From: Octopus sinensis
Lineage: Eukaryota
Assembly (NCBI RefSeq): GCF_006345805.1
Contig: NW_021827241.1
Span: 1 to 10,864, forward strand
Length of the DNA stretch: 10,864 nt
Reading direction: 5' to 3'
The translations under genes were made by a program, and so were the position numbers. Position 1 is the first letter of the stretch. Each line of letters begins with the position of its first letter. The notes beneath the pieces were generated by a model. The model did no database searches and had not been told where the DNA came from. It saw only the letters and a program-made list of their open reading frames with translations. Positions 8,311 through 10,864 of this stretch are shown one piece after another.

Positions 8311-8708
8311 CTAGCAGCATAGCCCGGCGTTGCCCGGGTATGTAAGTGCCCCTAGTAGGCAACGACTAATCCCAATCTAGGTCTTTCCCTCTAGGGAACG
8401 AAGGCGCATGTGTAGGTTGCAATGTCTTCTCTTCACTCGAATACTTCGATGTATACGATGTTCCTAGCAGTCTCCCGACAGAAAATGTGTTGCATATAAA
8501 AAGCTTAGATTCTCGACCCCATGTCGAATTTATCAATTTTTTCAGAACTGGGGAACTTTTCAAATTTTTCGCTGCGTTAGTTTTGATTATGACATTGGGC
8601 TATGTGTGTGTCAAGTTTCATCAGAATCGGTTTGAAAGCCGTGGTCAGGGTGAGGGTAAAACCTGACAGACACACAGACAGACAAACTGCCGTTTATATA
8701 GAGAGAGA
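8311..8708 (-). mobile_element. Non-autonomous Helitron (Lep1/Heligloria-like), both ends intact
   Basis: Minus strand begins TC (8708-8707) and ends CTAG (8314-8311). It is inserted between A (8709) and T (8310) with no target duplication. GC hairpin cccgg-6 nt-ccggg at 8323-8338 near the 3' end, an (ACAG)n tract near the 5' end, and the aagtttcatcagaatcggt motif typical of Lep1-like elements. Confidence 0.88.
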
Positions 8709-8828
8709 TGTGAAAGTTTTATTACTCAGAACAGAGTATCTATGCGTGTGTATGTTTGTGTGTGTGTGTGTGTACACGTCGACAGTAGTCACTGCAATGT
8801 TCTAATATATACGTTCGCTCTTTTCCAG

Positions 8829-8939
8829 ATCCAGTAAGAGACAGGCTTGGTATACGACCGACCAGCAAAGAGCGCTGTGAATCTTTCGTCTTCTCTGAAC
8901 CGGACAAATTTATTGCAAACAACACGCCAGCGGTGTCCT
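8829..8939 (+). CDS. Candidate 111-nt phase 1-1 internal coding exon of an unidentified host gene (xPVRDRLGIRPTSKERCESFVFSEPDKFIANNTPAVSx)
   Basis: Branch point CTAAT (8802-8806), AG-free pyrimidine tract, ttttccAG acceptor (8828) and GTAAGT donor (8940). Length is divisible by 3 and only one frame is open. It has 7 CpGs and is non-repetitive. Confidence 0.65.
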
Positions 8940-8953
8940 GTAAGTTACTGCCT

Positions 8954-8985
<32 letters not shown>

Positions 8986-9178
8986 CGCCATGATAGATCG
9001 CTAGCCACTACACATTCTTTATTTTCTCTCCTTGTTCCTTTCTGTGTTCCTTTCTGTGAAAGAGTGTAGGCTCGAAATGTTAAAGACTTTTTTACTTCCC
9101 AAGCGTTATACTAATACGTCGGTTTGTTTTCTACATCACCTGCCTTCATCTTTTGTTTTTTTTTTGTGAATTTTCCCT
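8986..9178 (+). mobile_element. Short hammerhead-bearing element (copy C), degenerate ribozyme, between (CATA)n arrays
   Basis: Colinear with 4791-4962. The motif at 9050-9085 is cttt-CTGTGAA-a-gagt-gtag-gctc-GAAA-tgtt-aaag, with core changes at positions 6 and 8, CpG decay in stem III and a U at the cleavage position. Confidence 0.75.
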
Positions 9179-9210
9179 ACATACATACATACATACGTAC
9201 GTACGTACAT

Positions 9211-9290
9211 GGATCTAGGTTAGAAACCGGTTCTTTCTCTATTGGCAAGAAATCTTGAAATAGACTGAATAATGACATACATACATACTA
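9211..9290 (+). mobile_element. Short retroposon 3' tail ending in (CATA)n
   Basis: Non-repetitive ctaggttagaaaccggttctttctctattggcaagaaatcttgaaatagactgaataatga between CATA arrays. Recalled as an octopus SINE 3' end; not verified. Confidence 0.5.
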
Positions 9291-9295
9291 CATAC

Positions 9296-9338
<43 letters not shown>

Positions 9339-9500
9339 CATTCATTCATACATACATTCATTCATACATACGTACGTACATACATACATACATAAACATA
9401 CATACATACATACATACATAGATAGATAGATAGATAGATAGATAGACACACACACAAATACAACATACATATATATATATACATAAACATATATACACAT
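9276..9500. repeat. Compound (CATA)n/(TA)n/(GATA)n microsatellite
   Basis: Read directly. Confidence 0.92.
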
Positions 9501-9530
9501 ATGAGTGTATGTATACACTTATATGTATAT

Positions 9531-9584
9531 TTAGATAAGCTTCGGCCAGAATTGGCCCCAGCCATGTCTAACTTAATAGCACCA
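9531..9584 (-). mobile_element. 54-bp 3' tail of the same LINE family as 805-1074
   Basis: The reverse complement tggtgctattaagttagacatggc is identical to 1006-1029 (24/24), followed by the stem-loop and a single tatctaa tail unit. Confidence 0.85.
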
Positions 9585-9604
9585 ACATATATGTATATTT
9601 ACAG

Positions 9605-9648
<44 letters not shown>

Positions 9649-9814
9649 GTACATATATAACGAGCGTGTGTGTGTGTACATGTGTACATACATATATGGG
9701 CTTGCATTGAACAATACGTATTGTCTATTCTACTCTAAACACACACTCTTCACATCAACCAGGACTTATTGTTCGCACACCATTGCTGCCGCTCTTTCAG
9801 AGGTTGCTGTTGCA

Positions 9815-9838
9815 GTTGTTGTTGTTGTTGTTGTTGTT
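9815..9838. repeat. (GTT)8 microsatellite
   Basis: Read directly. Confidence 0.95.
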
Positions 9839-9998
9839 AATGGTATTTAATACTTTAATATTTATCTTATATTATAAATGATCAGCGTCGTTCATTACCG
9901 GTTTCCAACGCATTATTTGCTGCCGGTCCATTTAATACTGTAATTTCTGTTAGCGATCATACATCGGTCACAATGTCCACAATTCTTTGTGAAAGGAA

Positions 9999-10130
9999 AT
10001 ATTGGTTTCAAATTTTGGCACAAGACCAGCAATTTTAGGGGAGGGGGTAAGTCGATTACATCGACCCCTAGTGTTCAACTGGTACTTATTTTATGGAACC
10101 CGAACGGATGAAAGGCAAAGTCGACCTCGG
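9999..10130 (-). mobile_element. SINE fragment related to 6206-6369, cut just before the B box
   Basis: agtcgattacatcgacccc...aactggtacttattttat...ggatgaaaggcaaagtcgacctcgg aligns to 6255-6333; similarity stops abruptly at 10130. Confidence 0.8.
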
Positions 10131-10149
10131 GATACAAATGTATTTCTTA

Positions 10150-10755
10150 GTAAAGTTTATTTGCCAACAGAATGTGACAGTCCTATACAAGGACATTATA
10201 TCTGTGGTTTAACCCCAGGAAACCATCTGGAAAAGTTGTTTGGACCCAGCAGGAAAAGATGTTTTCTTGGGGCTAAACAACAGTAATATTGTCCTTCTAT
10301 AGGACTGCAACATTCTCTGGGCAAATAAACTTTACAATTCGGTAGTGTTGTTGCATATCTCTCACTCAGAGATTTAAAATAAGCTGTTTTTCTCTTTATG
10401 AGATCAGCAACTGTGTATCGCTTAAAAATATATATAGTGTAAGCAAGTTGAGTGAGTCTCCATCACTAGCCTGTGGTTGTCTCGCACCGAGGATGGAAAA
10501 AACCACAGAAACCTAGGTCTGTCAGTATCGCGTAGGGCTAGAGATGGCAGCGATGACTTCCCTTGCTTACACTTTACAGAGACAAACTGTGTGTTGATAA
10601 CCAGCTGGAAAAGAGGTTTTCCTGGGGTTAAACAAGAGTAATATCGTCCTTGTATAGGACTGCCACATTCCCTGGGCAAATAAACTTTACAATTCGGTAA
10701 TGTTACTGCATATCTCTCGCTCAGAGATTTAAAACTAGTTGCTTTTCTCTTAATG
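10150..10755. repeat. Complex local repeat: one inverted 73-bp copy plus two direct 155-bp copies
   Basis: 10246-10400 versus 10601-10755 is ungapped and 137/155 identical. The reverse complement of 10150-10222 matches 10263-10335 at 62/73 and 10618-10690 at 63/73. Confidence 0.92.
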
Positions 10756-10864
10756 TATTTATTTATTAAAATATAGTCGCCATCGTTGGAAATAACCTTT
10801 TTCGATCTCAGAATCAGTTTTCTGATTCCTCGGGGCAAAAAAAAAAAAAATCAAAGGGTTCGGG

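Noticed and set aside
9801-9842. 42-nt exon-like segment (ctctttcAG ... GTATTT)
   Set aside because: The content is mostly (GTT)n encoding poly-Val, and the donor is weak.
10246-10755. CRISPR array, LTR pair, or hammerhead in the terminal repeats
   Set aside because: The repeats are too long and too few for CRISPR, and the context is eukaryotic. There are no TG..CA ends, primer-binding site or target duplication. The minus-strand ctgagYga is one base off the hammerhead core and is followed by GAAT rather than GAAA.
10422-10838. 138-aa minus-strand ORF
   Set aside because: It is a read-through of the local repeat with no recognisable domain; the homologous copies do not keep the frame open at comparable length.
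1-10864. Overall antisense bias of retroelements
   Set aside because: Most long SINE pieces are on the minus strand, but two LINE fossils and two tails are on the plus strand, and one minus copy is a duplicate; there are too few independent events.

Overview
Eukaryotic, AT-rich, extremely microsatellite-dense DNA. The repeat families match my recollection of octopus (coleoid cephalopod) repeats, which needs a database check. It most likely lies inside the introns of a plus-strand gene. None of the listed six-frame ORFs is a supportable gene; most are microsatellite read-through. Main contents: (1) one strong frame-preserving exon candidate (8829-8939, +) and a weaker one (7417-7470). (2) Transposon fossils: an RTE-type LINE ORF2 piece (3-210), a CR1/L2-group LINE 3' end (805-1074, second tail copy inverted at 9531-9584), a mariner transposase N-terminus (8036-8190) and a structurally complete non-autonomous Helitron (8311-8708). 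(3) Several tRNA-SINE fragments. (4) Most interesting: three ~170-200 bp related elements carrying a minimal type I hammerhead ribozyme motif of the Penelope-like kind (3131-3327 -, 4791-4962 +, 8986-9178 +). The antisense copy has an intact core and the two sense copies are mutated in the core. (5) An unexplained inverted-plus-direct repeat structure at 10150-10755 and several isolated near-perfect hairpins.
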